Notes under the pieces: generated by a model
What the model saw: only the letters and a program-made list of their open reading frames with translations
What the model was told of the DNA's origin: nothing
The model's database searches: none
Shown: positions 27,825-38,738 of the stretch, piece by piece
Position numbering within the stretch: the first letter of the stretch is position 1
Layout of the letters: the number at the start of each line of letters is the position of its first letter
Assembly: GCA_023425285.1 (NCBI GenBank)
Contig: JAFACY010000283.1
Location: 337-64,336 of the forward strand
Direction of reading: 5' to 3'
DNA length: 64,000 nt
Origin: Bacillota bacterium
GTDB lineage: Bacteria > Bacillota > Clostridia > Tissierellales > Sedimentibacteraceae
Translations under genes and position numbers: made by a program

Positions 27825-28504
27825 ATGTCTCCTTCTGTAAGAGGATTTATAAACTTCACATTTTCTATTTCTTTTATACCTTTAATTTTTTTCATCAGAC
27901 TTTCGGAAATCAAGCTGTCAGTTTCCAATGCCATAGTCTGCATTTTTCCTTTTTGACTTCTGAAAACCCTCATATTTGCTATATTTATATTTTCTTCATA
28001 CAATATTGATGATATTTTGGATATTACGCCGGGCAAATCTCTATGGCTTGTGAGTATAGTTGGGCGTTCTCCCGTAAATTCCACTGCCTGACCGTCTATG
28101 TTAATTACAGTAATGTTCCCTCCGCCTATGGATGAACCCGTTACCTCGGTTACACTTTCATCCGTCTTTGTTATAATGAATTTAACCGTGTTGGGATGTA
28201 CTTCTCCTAAATCCGTTTCGGTAAATATTATCTCTATACCCTTTTCTTCTGCAATTTTAAATGAAGACTTCAAGTTCTCATCCCATGGATCCATATTTAA
28301 TATCCCTGCCACCAACGCCTTGTCTGTTCCGTGACCCTTGTAGGTTTGTGCAAAGGAGCCGTGCAGCAAAAAATTTACCCTTGCAATTTTTCCTCCGGCT
28401 ATAATACCTGCAACCTTGGCCAGTCTTGCGGCACCTGCCGTATGAGAACTTGACGGACCAATCATTATCGGTCCCAAAATATCAAAAACACCGTAATCTC
28501 TCAT
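27821..28504 (-). CDS. sdaAB: L-serine dehydratase beta subunit (ACT domain)
   Basis: FDILGPIMIGPSSSHTAGA, KGHGTD, HPNT, SIGGG. Confidence 0.95.
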   Translation of the reverse strand: MRDYGVFDILGPIMIGPSSSHTAGAARLAKVAGIIAGGKIARVNFLLHGSFAQTYKGHGTDKALVAGILNMDPWDENLKSSFKIAEEKGIEIIFTETDLGEVHPNTVKFIITKTDESVTEVTGSSIGGGNITVINIDGQAVEFTGERPTILTSHRDLPGVISKISSILYEENINIANMRVFRSQKGKMQTMALETDSLISESLMKKIKGIKEIENVKFINPLTEGDI

Positions 28505-28534
28505 ACTTATCTCCTCAGCTTCAATTCCTTATCA

Positions 28535-29551
28535 TCATAAATTTTTAAATGTTTCAACCGCATGTTTCAGTTTATCCACTATGGGCAGATTGTACGGACA
28601 TTTTCTTTCACATTTTCTGCATCTCACGCATGCCGTTGCCTTGATGGGAAGTGCATCGTACTTCATTTTAGCATATTCGGGCAAATTGTATCTCAAGGCA
28701 TATCCTTCCACTATGAATACAGTGGGTATATCTATACCCTCGGGACATGGCTTGCAATAGCCGCATCTTCTGCAGAAGTTGTTGCCCAAAGCCTGAACCT
28801 CGCTGTTTATTTCATCTGTTTCTTCCTGTGTCAGAGGCTGAAGATTTTCAAACACAGATGCATTTTCTCTCACCTGCTCCACCGAATCCATTCCCGGTAT
28901 TGCAACAGAAATTAAATTGCTGTTGGCAATGTATTTTAACGAAAGTCCCGGCTTACTGAATGCACCGCCTGCAACAGGCTTCATGGCAATTGTTCCCATA
29001 CCCTTGGCCAGTGCCTTTTCAAACAATTCTGTTCCCTGTGATTCAACAGGATTGTATGGAAACTGGATTGTCTCTATTTCATCATGTTCTATTGCCTTTA
29101 ACAATATTTCTTTAATGTGTCCCGTTATTCCTATGTGCTTTATCGTACCCTTTTCCTTTGCTTCCAGTAATGCTTTGATTGCACCATCCTCAGAAAATGA
29201 CTGTTCAAGCTGCTCCATCTTGCTTACATTGTGTATCTGATACAGGTCTATGTAGTCTAACTGCATTGATTTCAAGCTGTTCTCTATGGCAGCCTTCATG
29301 GCATCATATGTGTGACACATAGATTTGGTCGCTATGTAAAAGTTTTCTCGTCCTGCTTCCTTTAAAGCATTTCCTATGTATTGCTCACTGATAGTGTATC
29401 CCTGTGCCGTATCTATAAAGTTTATACCATTGTTTTTGCATTCCAATATTATTTCAATGGCTTCTTCCTGACTTACTCTTTGGATTGGAATCCCTCCAAA
29501 TCCTAAAACAGATACTTCCATACCTGTGTTTCCCAGCATAACCTTTTTCAT
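28535..29551 (-). CDS. Aldo/keto reductase with a C-terminal 4Fe-4S dicluster
   Basis: LGFGGIP, DTAQGY, YIATK, DLYQIH; CRRCGYCKPCP and CVRCRKCERKCP. Confidence 0.9.
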   Translation of the reverse strand: MKKVMLGNTGMEVSVLGFGGIPIQRVSQEEAIEIILECKNNGINFIDTAQGYTISEQYIGNALKEAGRENFYIATKSMCHTYDAMKAAIENSLKSMQLDYIDLYQIHNVSKMEQLEQSFSEDGAIKALLEAKEKGTIKHIGITGHIKEILLKAIEHDEIETIQFPYNPVESQGTELFEKALAKGMGTIAMKPVAGGAFSKPGLSLKYIANSNLISVAIPGMDSVEQVRENASVFENLQPLTQEETDEINSEVQALGNNFCRRCGYCKPCPEGIDIPTVFIVEGYALRYNLPEYAKMKYDALPIKATACVRCRKCERKCPYNLPIVDKLKHAVETFKNL

Positions 29552-29670
29552 TTTTTCTCCTTCCTCTGCCTCTACCGCATATACGTTATTATTTAAATAA
29601 TTATATATCAGTTCATTTCAAGCGTCAATGAAAGTTAAATTAATAGCATATAAACAGTCTCATTCACCAA

Positions 29671-29731
29671 TTTATTTGCTCCTTACGTCGCATAAACAAA
29701 CATCCCGCGGCTTTATAAGACGCGGGATGTT
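29671..29731. repeat. REP-like palindromic element plus strong hairpin
   Basis: TTTATTTGCTCCTTACGTCGCATAAA resembles the core at ~48219-48248; AAACATCCCGCG/CGCGGGATGTTT stem. Confidence 0.4.
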
Positions 29732-29849
29732 TATATGATTTGGAAGAAGATAAAAAAAGTATTATCTGTACTATAGTTATTAACATTTTAAAGTTATTTA
29801 TTCATATATTTGTTAATTTTTAATATTTATTAATCAAGAGGGTGGTCAT

Positions 29850-30893
29850 TTGAAAAAGCTGATTGTTTTATTGCCTGTATTTGTATTATACATATGTATT
29901 TTCAGATTTATTTACCTTGAGGATGGTTTGACAGTTATAAATAATGTCTTGCTTCCTATTTTTGTGGGAATAATTATTGCAACCCTGCTGAATCCGTTTT
30001 TAGTATACCTTCAAAAAAGATTAAAAATCAAAAATAGGCATCTGGCTATATTTTTAACTTTTTTGTTCATTATATTAATCATTGCGGTTATTGTTACAAT
30101 AATTACTCCAAATATAACAAAAAGCATAAAGCATTTAATAAAGGATATCCCTGTTTTATTTTACAAGGCTGAAAGCTACCTGTCTGATTTCGGAGATAAA
30201 AATTCAATATTGAAAAGCTATCTGTTAGAACTGACTTATAAGTTTTCATCGTCTATGACATCCATTTTAAATTTTGCCGTTGAAAAGGTTATAAACATTT
30301 TTGCAGCAATCGGTAATTTACTTTTAGCCGTAATCATTTCAATATACATATTGTATGATAAGGAAAAGATTGAAATGTGGCTGTTCAAATTGTGTCACAC
30401 ATTTTTCGGAAAAAGTACGGCACGTGAAATTTTTAAAATTATTCACAGCCTGTATGACAATATATCAAGCTATATAACGGGGAAAATTATTGCTTCTCTC
30501 ATTACGGGATTCCTGGTTTACGCAGGCTCTAAATACATAATCCGTAATCCCTACCCTGTCATTGACGGGATGATGATAGGAGTTTCAAACATAATTCCCT
30601 ACTTCGGCACCCTGATAGGGGGCATACCGGTGCTTTTGATAAATGTTCTTTACAACTCGCAAAAGGGATTTTTAATGCTCATATATCTGCTGATAATACA
30701 GCAAATCGACAATCTCGTGATCGATCCGCAGATTTTAAGCAGCAAGCTTGAAATCAAACCACTTATAATTATTATTTCCATAATAATCGGCGGAGGATTG
30801 TTCGGGGCTGTGGGATTATTTTTAGCAACTCCTGTTGCAAGCTTAATCAAGCAATTGATAGATGCTTATATGGATTTTAAACTTAAAGAATAG
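29850..30893 (+). CDS. AI-2E family transporter
   Basis: Multi-TM; LLNP, NIIPYFG, QQIDNLVIDPQI, GGGLFGAVGLFLATP. Confidence 0.88.
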   Translation: MKKLIVLLPVFVLYICIFRFIYLEDGLTVINNVLLPIFVGIIIATLLNPFLVYLQKRLKIKNRHLAIFLTFLFIILIIAVIVTIITPNITKSIKHLIKDIPVLFYKAESYLSDFGDKNSILKSYLLELTYKFSSSMTSILNFAVEKVINIFAAIGNLLLAVIISIYILYDKEKIEMWLFKLCHTFFGKSTAREIFKIIHSLYDNISSYITGKIIASLITGFLVYAGSKYIIRNPYPVIDGMMIGVSNIIPYFGTLIGGIPVLLINVLYNSQKGFLMLIYLLIIQQIDNLVIDPQILSSKLEIKPLIIIISIIIGGGLFGAVGLFLATPVASLIKQLIDAYMDFKLKE

Positions 30894-30901
30894 TACCCGA
30901 T

Positions 30902-30997
30902 TTTTGCACATTTGTGGATAAATCTGTTGACAAGTGGTTAAAAAAGCATAAAATTTGTGTATAACTATTTTTAACAAGCAGGATAGACTGTGCATAA
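30902..30997. promoter_or_regulatory. Cluster of DnaA-box matches (TTATNCACA)
   Basis: TGTGGATAA 30913, TGTGTATAA 30956, TGTGCATAA 30989; TTTTGCACA 30902 has one mismatch. Confidence 0.6.
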
Positions 30998-31020
30998 CTT
31001 AATTTAAATATGGTGAAAAT

Positions 31021-31941
31021 ATGTGGAATGACAAAAGATATCACACATTAGATTATGAATTGAAAAAAATATTTGGTCAAAAAGCCATAAAGCTGTCCAT
31101 TGACGGAGGCTTTACATGCCCTAACAGAGATGGAACAATTGGCAGCAGGGGCTGTATTTTTTGCAGCGAAAGAGGCTCGGGAGATTTTAATTCAGATAAA
31201 TCCGTGTCTATAACAAATCAGATAAAAGAGCAAAAACAGATTATGTCGAGAAAATGGAAGAGCGGCACATACATAGCATATTTTCAAAGCTATACAAATA
31301 CGTATGACTCAGTTGAAAATCTCCGCGAAAAGTTTTATGAGGCACTCAGCTGTAAGGATGTAAAGGGTATTGCAATAGCAACAAGACCCGACTGTATAAA
31401 CGAACAAATTATGGAACTCTTAGAGGAATTAAACTCAAAAACTTTTTTGTGGATAGAATTGGGTCTGCAGTCAATTCATGATGAAGCAGCGGCTTTTATA
31501 CGCAGGGGTTATGCTTTGGAGCAGTTTGAAGCAGCATACAGACTGTTAAAATCAAAAAATATCCGTACGGTTGTTCATTTGATTATAGGTCTGCCTGTTG
31601 AAAGCAGAGAACAATATATAGAAACGGTAAAATACATTTCTGAAAAAGAAATATGGGGAATTAAGCTTCATATGCTTCACATCCTTAAAAACACGGATCT
31701 GGCTGATTATTACGGCAGGAATAAATTTAAAATTCTGTCCCGGGAGGAATATGTCAACATTGTATGTGACAGCCTGGAGCTGTTAAATCCGTCAACTGTT
31801 ATACATCGTCTCACAGGAGACGGAAAAAAGTCGGAATTAATTGAGCCCCTCTGGACATTGGATAAATTGAGAGTGCTTTCAGACATAGACAAAGAGTTAA
31901 GATTGAGAGACAGCTCTCAGGGAAAATTTTTTTCATTGTAA
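31021..31941 (+). CDS. TIGR01212 family radical SAM protein (YhcC/YtqA-like)
   Basis: GFTCPNRDGTIGSRGCIFC, YFQSYTNTY, ATRPDC, ELGLQS, IHRLTGD. Confidence 0.92.
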   Translation: MWNDKRYHTLDYELKKIFGQKAIKLSIDGGFTCPNRDGTIGSRGCIFCSERGSGDFNSDKSVSITNQIKEQKQIMSRKWKSGTYIAYFQSYTNTYDSVENLREKFYEALSCKDVKGIAIATRPDCINEQIMELLEELNSKTFLWIELGLQSIHDEAAAFIRRGYALEQFEAAYRLLKSKNIRTVVHLIIGLPVESREQYIETVKYISEKEIWGIKLHMLHILKNTDLADYYGRNKFKILSREEYVNIVCDSLELLNPSTVIHRLTGDGKKSELIEPLWTLDKLRVLSDIDKELRLRDSSQGKFFSL

Positions 31942-32033
31942 TTTTAATGTAATACTATATATGTGGATATATTATATAATAGATGTAATAAATGCTAATT
32001 ATATAGTATTTTTTATTTGATTGGGTGACTGAA

Positions 32034-34358
32034 ATGAAAAAAACATTATTTATAATGATATTAATTATAATTCTTTCCGCGATGAACACAGCCTATGCAA
32101 AAAGCTTTCCCGATGTAACCAAGGACAGCATACTGCAGGAAGCAGTCGGTATGTTATCAGGCTATAAAATTATGGAAGGGTATCCTGACGGCAGCTTTAA
32201 GCCGGACAAAAATGTTACGAGAGCTGAAATGGCAAAAATAGTGACCGTTGCTGCAGGCTGGTTTGAATATTCCAAAAATATGACCTCTGTTTATGAGGAT
32301 ATGACCGGACACTGGGCTGAAAGCTACGTTGAGCTTGCCAATGTCCTGAACATCGTAAAGGGTATTTCTCCTAATTTATACGGTCCGGACAACTTGATAA
32401 AGTTTGAGGAAGCTTACACTATGGTAATAAGATTGTTGGGTTATACAGATGAAGCCTTGGGCGGAAACTGGCCTCAGAATTATTACCAGAAGGCATTGGA
32501 GCTGAATTTATTCCGTAACATTGACACTAATAAGGAATTTGCTTCAAGAAGAGATGTTTCCGTAATGATATACAATGCATTGAGCATGAATTTAGTCGAT
32601 ATAAAGGAAAATAAAATTACGCAGACAAACAAGCCTCTTCTGACAAAACTGGGCAAAAAGGAAAACAAGGAAATTAATATCGGAGATTTAAAAACCGAAA
32701 GCTTTGACTTAACAGATTATTTGTTTAACAAATGGGATGTTTATTATGATTCAAAGGGAAATGTTGTTTATCTGACAAATCCTAAATACAATGAATTTTC
32801 AGGCAGGGTTACGAGCCTGCTTTCAAACAGGGTAATTTTTGTAACGGATGACTACGGCAATGTAAGAGCCTGGCAGCTTCCTAACGTTCCGATTGTTATA
32901 AACAGCGAAAGAGGAAACTTTAACGACCTCGAAAACAGCCGTATAAAAATCGTTTATGAAAATGATTCATTTAACGGTGATGTTATAGGTATAATTGCCT
33001 ACAAGGAAACTGATGTTATAGTTGTTGACAGAGATGATTTGTATAAGGAAGGCAGCAAGACATTTGCAGGTAAAAGCCTTCCGACGAAAAGCAATTATGA
33101 AATAAACCACAATAAGCTGCATATATCCGGTGATGCTCATACATTGAAGGATATACAGGAAAATGATGTTGTTTATTTCTATGAATCCAAGGGCTCCGGC
33201 AAAGTGGATGCACTAAAACTGGTAGTATTGAGAAAGCAGACTGACGGAACGGTTACGAATATTCAGGCAGAAGGAATCAGCACATTTTACACCGTAAACG
33301 GCATAAGCTATAAAACGGGTGACAGCTTCATATCGACAGAAAAAATTTCTGTAAATGATAAGGTTAAACTGATACTTGACAAGAACAACAATATTATAAA
33401 AATCAATGTTCTGAGCTACGGCAAAAAGCCCACAACACTGGGACTTGTCATAAATGCAACCAGCAGTAAGAACAGCAGTGCTTCCGCAAGGATATTTGAT
33501 CAGAATGGGAATCTGAGGACTTATTCACTTGCCGACAACTCAAGTGTTGTAAACATTGTTGAATCTGAATCTGATTTGTTGAAACAGACTACCTTAAAGA
33601 AAAATGATTTTATTAAATTTGATCCCGTGTCCGGAGGATCCGTAAAAATTATTAATTTTGTTCCTTCCACACATTACATTGCATATAACTACAATGAATA
33701 TGACAGAACACTGTCAAACGGATATAAAATATCCTCCGATACATTTATTGTTTATGAATCAGGCGGAAGATACCAATTACTTCAGCCAAGCCAGCTGGAT
33801 ACCTATCTGGAGGGAAAAGCAGTTATAAGTAACGGACATATGGATGCTCTGTATTTATCAAAGGGAATAAAGTCCGCAAGTGATGTGGAAATACCCGCTG
33901 AAACTCCTCAGAATTACAGCGGTAAAATCTACAGCATGATTAAGGGTATAACCAAGGTTAATGATACAACAAGCCACATACAATTTTACGAAAACAGCAA
34001 TGTTTTCTCCGTTTCCAACACATCGGCGGCGGGTAAGACAGCCCCGTACCTGGCAAACAGCTATGTAAAGGCAGATATAGTGAACGGTGTAATAACAACG
34101 CTTGAAAGGGTTACTCCGGAAACAGACAGAGTTAAGATTACACAGGTTTATTCCACACAAATGCAGATAGACAGCATAACGTACATGGAATATGCCGACA
34201 GTATAACCGTATATATATGTACCGTGGATAAGGCAGGAAATGTTATAGGCTTTAAATCAGGCTCAAAGTCAGATTTGAAATCAGGCTCAACAGTACAGCT
34301 TTATGACCTATACGGAGGCTTCGACGGAATAGTGGATGTAGCGATAATATACAATTAA
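32034..34358 (+). CDS. S-layer homology (SLH) domain surface protein
   Basis: Signal peptide; FPDV..GYPDGSFKPDKNVTRAEMA and HWAESYV..GISPNLYGP SLH repeats. Confidence 0.85.
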   Translation: MKKTLFIMILIIILSAMNTAYAKSFPDVTKDSILQEAVGMLSGYKIMEGYPDGSFKPDKNVTRAEMAKIVTVAAGWFEYSKNMTSVYEDMTGHWAESYVELANVLNIVKGISPNLYGPDNLIKFEEAYTMVIRLLGYTDEALGGNWPQNYYQKALELNLFRNIDTNKEFASRRDVSVMIYNALSMNLVDIKENKITQTNKPLLTKLGKKENKEINIGDLKTESFDLTDYLFNKWDVYYDSKGNVVYLTNPKYNEFSGRVTSLLSNRVIFVTDDYGNVRAWQLPNVPIVINSERGNFNDLENSRIKIVYENDSFNGDVIGIIAYKETDVIVVDRDDLYKEGSKTFAGKSLPTKSNYEINHNKLHISGDAHTLKDIQENDVVYFYESKGSGKVDALKLVVLRKQTDGTVTNIQAEGISTFYTVNGISYKTGDSFISTEKISVNDKVKLILDKNNNIIKINVLSYGKKPTTLGLVINATSSKNSSASARIFDQNGNLRTYSLADNSSVVNIVESESDLLKQTTLKKNDFIKFDPVSGGSVKIINFVPSTHYIAYNYNEYDRTLSNGYKISSDTFIVYESGGRYQLLQPSQLDTYLEGKAVISNGHMDALYLSKGIKSASDVEIPAETPQNYSGKIYSMIKGITKVNDTTSHIQFYENSNVFSVSNTSAAGKTAPYLANSYVKADIVNGVITTLERVTPETDRVKITQVYSTQMQIDSITYMEYADSITVYICTVDKAGNVIGFKSGSKSDLKSGSTVQLYDLYGGFDGIVDVAIIYN

Positions 34359-34381
34359 AAAAGGGCATATGCCCTTTTTTA
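34357..34381. terminator. Bidirectional intrinsic terminator
   Basis: AAAAAAGGGC-ATAT-GCCCTTTTTT between convergent genes. Confidence 0.8.
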
Positions 34382-34405
34382 ATCCGCAATTATTCCTCTA
34401 TCGTT

Positions 34406-35962
34406 CTACACGATTTTCGTCGTAAAGTTTTCTATATTCCACACATCTGTGATAAAGCTTTCGTAAAAATACGGTTCATGGCTTACCAGTAAAATTGTAC
34501 CTTTAAATTCCTTCAATGCCTTTTCCAGTTCATCCTTTGCCTCGGGGTCTAAGTGGTTTGTAGGCTCATCAAGAACCAAAAAGTTCAATTCCTTTAGCAA
34601 CAGCTTGCAGAGTCTCACCTTTGCATTTTCTCCTCCGGATAAAACCTTCATCATGCTTGTTATGTTGTCGGTGGTTAAGCCGCAGCGTGCCAGCTCCAGA
34701 CGCACCTCATGATTTGTCAGCGATGGATATTCATTCCACACTTCATTCAATGCCGTATTGGAGTTATCCTTGGAATCCTCCTGCTCAAAATAGCCATACA
34801 CGACATTTTCTCCGAAGGTGACGCTTCCGCTTATGGGAGGCAGTATGCCCAATATAGTCTTAAGCAGTGTTGATTTTCCCAAGCCGTTCACTCCCGTAAG
34901 CGCAATCTTTTTATTTCTTTCCACCTGAAAATTCATTGGCTCTGTCAGCGGATGGTCATATCCTATCACTAAATCCTTGGCATCAATCAGGAATCTGCTT
35001 GGTGCTTTTGTATCCTTGAATCTGAAGGTTGGCTTCGGCTTATCTCTCGGTCTCTCCAGGATATCCATCTTTTCAAGCTGCTTCATCCTGCTGTTTGCCA
35101 TTCCTCTGGTTGCAACTCTCGCCTTGTTTCTTGCTATGAAATCCTCAAGGCGTTCAATTTCTTTCTGCTGCTTTTCATATTCGCGCTCTTCTTTTTGTTT
35201 GTTCAGCTCATATATTCTTCTGAATTCTTCGTAGTTGCCTACATATCTTGTCAGGTTCAGATTTTCCACATGGTAAATTATATTGCATACATCGTTTATA
35301 AACGGTATGTCGTGTGAAATTAAAATAAATGCATTTTCATAATTCTGCAAGTAATTTGTAAGCCATCTTATGTGATTTTCATCAAGAAAGTTTGTAGGCT
35401 CATCCAACAGAAGTATGGTTGGATTTTGCAGCAAAAGCTTAGTAAGTAAAACCTTGGTTCTCTGACCGCCGCTGAGCTCATCAACTAATTTCTCCAGTCC
35501 GATATCACCTAATCCAAGACCGTTTGCCACCTCTTCTATCTTGGAATCAATGGTATAAAATCCGCTGCTGTCCAATATTGTCTGTATTTCGGCAGCATCC
35601 TCCATCATCCTGTTCACTTCTTCTTCATCGGCAGCAGCCATATCCTCATAAAGCTTTAAAAGCTCCTGCTCCATTTTAAACAGCTCATCAAATGCAAGCC
35701 TCAGATTTTCTCTGATAGTAGTTCCCGGCTGCAGAACAGAGTGCTGGTCAAGATATCCGACCGTAACTCTTTTTGACCATGAAACCTCTCCTTCGTCAGG
35801 CATCAGCTTCCCTGTTATTATATTTAAAAATGTTGACTTCCCCTCACCGTTTGCTCCTATCAGCGCCACGTGCTCTCCCTTTAAAAGGCGGAATGACACA
35901 TTTTCCAATATGGCCCGGGCACCAAAACCGTGAGTTACATTTTTTACATCTAATATACTCAT
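34406..35962 (-). CDS. yfmM: ABC-F family ribosome-associated ATPase (YfmM-like)
   Basis: Two ABC domains (GANGEGKS, LSGGQ, DEPTN; GVNGLGKS, LSGGE), no TM segments. Confidence 0.85.
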   Translation of the reverse strand: MSILDVKNVTHGFGARAILENVSFRLLKGEHVALIGANGEGKSTFLNIITGKLMPDEGEVSWSKRVTVGYLDQHSVLQPGTTIRENLRLAFDELFKMEQELLKLYEDMAAADEEEVNRMMEDAAEIQTILDSSGFYTIDSKIEEVANGLGLGDIGLEKLVDELSGGQRTKVLLTKLLLQNPTILLLDEPTNFLDENHIRWLTNYLQNYENAFILISHDIPFINDVCNIIYHVENLNLTRYVGNYEEFRRIYELNKQKEEREYEKQQKEIERLEDFIARNKARVATRGMANSRMKQLEKMDILERPRDKPKPTFRFKDTKAPSRFLIDAKDLVIGYDHPLTEPMNFQVERNKKIALTGVNGLGKSTLLKTILGILPPISGSVTFGENVVYGYFEQEDSKDNSNTALNEVWNEYPSLTNHEVRLELARCGLTTDNITSMMKVLSGGENAKVRLCKLLLKELNFLVLDEPTNHLDPEAKDELEKALKEFKGTILLVSHEPYFYESFITDVWNIENFTTKIV

Positions 35963-36130
35963 AAAAACTCCTTACTTTTGTAATTAACCTCTCATATAAT
36001 ATAAAATAAATACAGAAATGTAAATATGTTTTTGCAATAAAGTATTTGTTTTTATTCACATTTTATTGATTTGCTATTATCAGTTTGATATAATTAACTA
36101 ATAGTAAAAATTAGGAGGACTTAAAACATA

Positions 36131-37261
36131 ATGAACGAAAAGATAAGACCTGCCTGGGTTGAGGTAGACAGAGAAAAAGCAATTCATAACTTCATGGAAG
36201 TGAGAAGAGCTGTAGGTCCTGATGTAAAGGTTTGTGCTGTCGTTAAAGCAGACAGCTACGGAATGGGTTCAATGGAGCTTTCTAAAATGTATGTGCGCAG
36301 CGGTACCGATATGCTGGCCGTGGCAGTTATAGTAGAAGCGTTTGAGCTCAGACAGGAAATAAAGGATACAGATATTTTAGTCTTGGGTTATACGCCTGAA
36401 GAATTTTTTGACGATGCCGTAAATCAGAATATTATGCTTACAATTTATGACTACAATCTTGCCGTAAAGCTTAATGAAACAGCAAAGGCAATGAATAAGA
36501 CAGCAAGGATACATCTGAAAATTGAAACAGGAATGAATCGTTTAGGCTTCATGCCAACGGAAGAAAATGCGGACAAAATCCTTGAAATCTCCAGGCTGTC
36601 AAATGTAAAAATTGAGGGAGCATATTCCCATCAGGCAAAGGCTGATGAAACGGATAAAACAACCGCTCACATGCAGGCAAAAAGATTTATGGATTTTATG
36701 AACCTGCTGAAGGAAAGAAATGTTATGATTCCCGTAAAGCATATTGCCAACAGTGCAACTATTATAGATCTGCCTGAATACCATTTTGATATGGTAAGAC
36801 CGGGTATAATATTGTCCGGCTTTTATCCGTCAGATGAAGTAAACATGGACGAATATAAATTTAAAATTTGTGTGACACTTAAAGCAAGAGTTGCGAACGT
36901 TAAGACAATTGAATCCGGCGAGGGTGTAGGCTACGGGCATTTATTCCATGCGGAAAAGCCTGTCGTTGTGGGTACAATTCCATTGGGATATGCCGACGGT
37001 TATTCGAGATTACTTTCAAACAAGGGTTACATCGTTGTAAAGGGTGTAAAATGTCCGATATTGGGTAAGGTGTGCATGGATCAGTTTATGGTGGATTTAT
37101 CCGGTGTTGATAATCCGCAGATAGGTGATGAAGCAATACTCTACGGTGACGGTACCGACGGCGCTATGACTGCCGATGATGTAGCGAAAATGAGAGGCAC
37201 CATATCTTATGAGGTTCTGACTAATCTGGCAGTTAAGCGCCTTCCAAAAATATACGTATAG
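36131..37261 (+). CDS. alr: Alanine racemase
   Basis: AVVKADSYG PLP lysine, ETGMNRLG, HIANS, MVRPG, GVGYG, GYADG, GKVCMDQ. Confidence 0.9.
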   Translation: MNEKIRPAWVEVDREKAIHNFMEVRRAVGPDVKVCAVVKADSYGMGSMELSKMYVRSGTDMLAVAVIVEAFELRQEIKDTDILVLGYTPEEFFDDAVNQNIMLTIYDYNLAVKLNETAKAMNKTARIHLKIETGMNRLGFMPTEENADKILEISRLSNVKIEGAYSHQAKADETDKTTAHMQAKRFMDFMNLLKERNVMIPVKHIANSATIIDLPEYHFDMVRPGIILSGFYPSDEVNMDEYKFKICVTLKARVANVKTIESGEGVGYGHLFHAEKPVVVGTIPLGYADGYSRLLSNKGYIVVKGVKCPILGKVCMDQFMVDLSGVDNPQIGDEAILYGDGTDGAMTADDVAKMRGTISYEVLTNLAVKRLPKIYV

Positions 37262-37270
37262 GAGAATAAT

Positions 37271-38494
37271 ATGAACTTTGATTTAATTGAAAAAAATGAT
37301 AAAGAACTTTTTAATGCGATGATGGAAGAAAAGGAAAGGCAAAATGTAAATATTGAGCTTATAGCTTCCGAAAACTTTGTATCTGAGGATGTTTTACAGG
37401 CAATGGGAAGCCACCTGACAAACAAGTACGCTGAAGGATATCCCGGCAAAAGATATTACGGCGGATGCGAATTTGTTGATAAGGTTGAAAATTTAGCAAG
37501 AGACAGAGCAAAAAAAATATTTGGTGCAGACCACGCTAACGTACAACCACATTCAGGCTCAAACGCAAACTTCGGTGTGTATTTTTCAGTTTTAAGACCG
37601 GGAGATAAAATATTGGGTATGGACCTGTCCATGGGAGGACATTTAACTCACGGCAGCCCGGTAAATATGTCGGGATCATATTTCAATGTGGTATTTTACG
37701 GCGTTGATAAGGAAACAGAAACTATTGATTATGACAAGGTAAGAGAAATTGCCAGGCTTGAAAGACCGAAAATGATCGTTGCGGGAGCAAGCGCTTATTC
37801 GAGATTTATAGATTTTAAGCAGTTCAGGGAAATTGCAGATGAGGTCGGTGCATACTTCATGGTTGACATGGCTCACATTGCGGGGCTTGTTGCCACAGGT
37901 CTCCATCCTAACCCTGTTGAATATGCCGATTTTGTTACAACCACCACTCATAAAACACTGAGGGGTCCCAGAGGCGGCATGATTCTCTGCAGGGAAGAAT
38001 TCGCACAGAAAATAGACAAGGCAATATTCCCGGGCATCCAGGGCGGACCGTTGATGCATGTTATAGCAGCCAAAGCAGTATGCTTTAAGGAAGCCATGGA
38101 AGACAGCTTTAAAATATATCAGCAGCAGGTTTTAACCAATGCCAAGACATTGGCCAAGGAGCTGACTGATAAGGGCTTCAGAATTGTATCCGGAGGAACG
38201 GACAATCATTTGATGCTTGTTGATTTAAGAAATAAAGGATTGACAGGAAAGGAAGCAGAAAAGCTGCTTGACGAAATCCACATAACAACAAACAAAAACA
38301 CTATTCCTTACGATCCTCAAAGTCCGTTTGTTACAAGCGGTTTAAGAATCGGCACCCCGGCCGCCACCACAAGAGGTATGAAGGAAGCTGAAATGATTGA
38401 ACTTGCAGGAATTATTGACAATGCATTAAGCAAGAACGAAGACTGCGATTTATTGAAACGAAAAGTTTTAAATCTGACATCAAAATTTATATAA
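37271..38494 (+). CDS. glyA: Serine hydroxymethyltransferase
   Basis: [41 protein letters not shown]. Confidence 0.98.
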   Translation: MNFDLIEKNDKELFNAMMEEKERQNVNIELIASENFVSEDVLQAMGSHLTNKYAEGYPGKRYYGGCEFVDKVENLARDRAKKIFGADHANVQPHSGSNANFGVYFSVLRPGDKILGMDLSMGGHLTHGSPVNMSGSYFNVVFYGVDKETETIDYDKVREIARLERPKMIVAGASAYSRFIDFKQFREIADEVGAYFMVDMAHIAGLVATGLHPNPVEYADFVTTTTHKTLRGPRGGMILCREEFAQKIDKAIFPGIQGGPLMHVIAAKAVCFKEAMEDSFKIYQQQVLTNAKTLAKELTDKGFRIVSGGTDNHLMLVDLRNKGLTGKEAEKLLDEIHITTNKNTIPYDPQSPFVTSGLRIGTPAATTRGMKEAEMIELAGIIDNALSKNEDCDLLKRKVLNLTSKFI

Positions 38495-38508
38495 ATACGT
38501 ATATCACG

Positions 38509-38545
38509 GACAGCTCTTTAATATAATATTAAGGGCTGTCTTTTT
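38509..38545 (+). terminator. Intrinsic terminator after glyA
   Basis: GACAGCTCTT...AAGGGCTGTC followed by TTTTT. Confidence 0.7.
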
Positions 38546-38738
38546 CAATATTTGTCTTATTTTGTCGTTACATGTTGGAAAATCAGTCTGATATAGTACC
38601 GGATGAAAACATTTATTATATAATGTGCGCATTATACGGATTAATGTCCTTTATATGGCGGAAAAATATCTTGCGTAAAAATACTTTCGGTGTTATAATC
38701 ATAGAAATTTATTATAATTAATAGGTGAGGAGAAGAAT

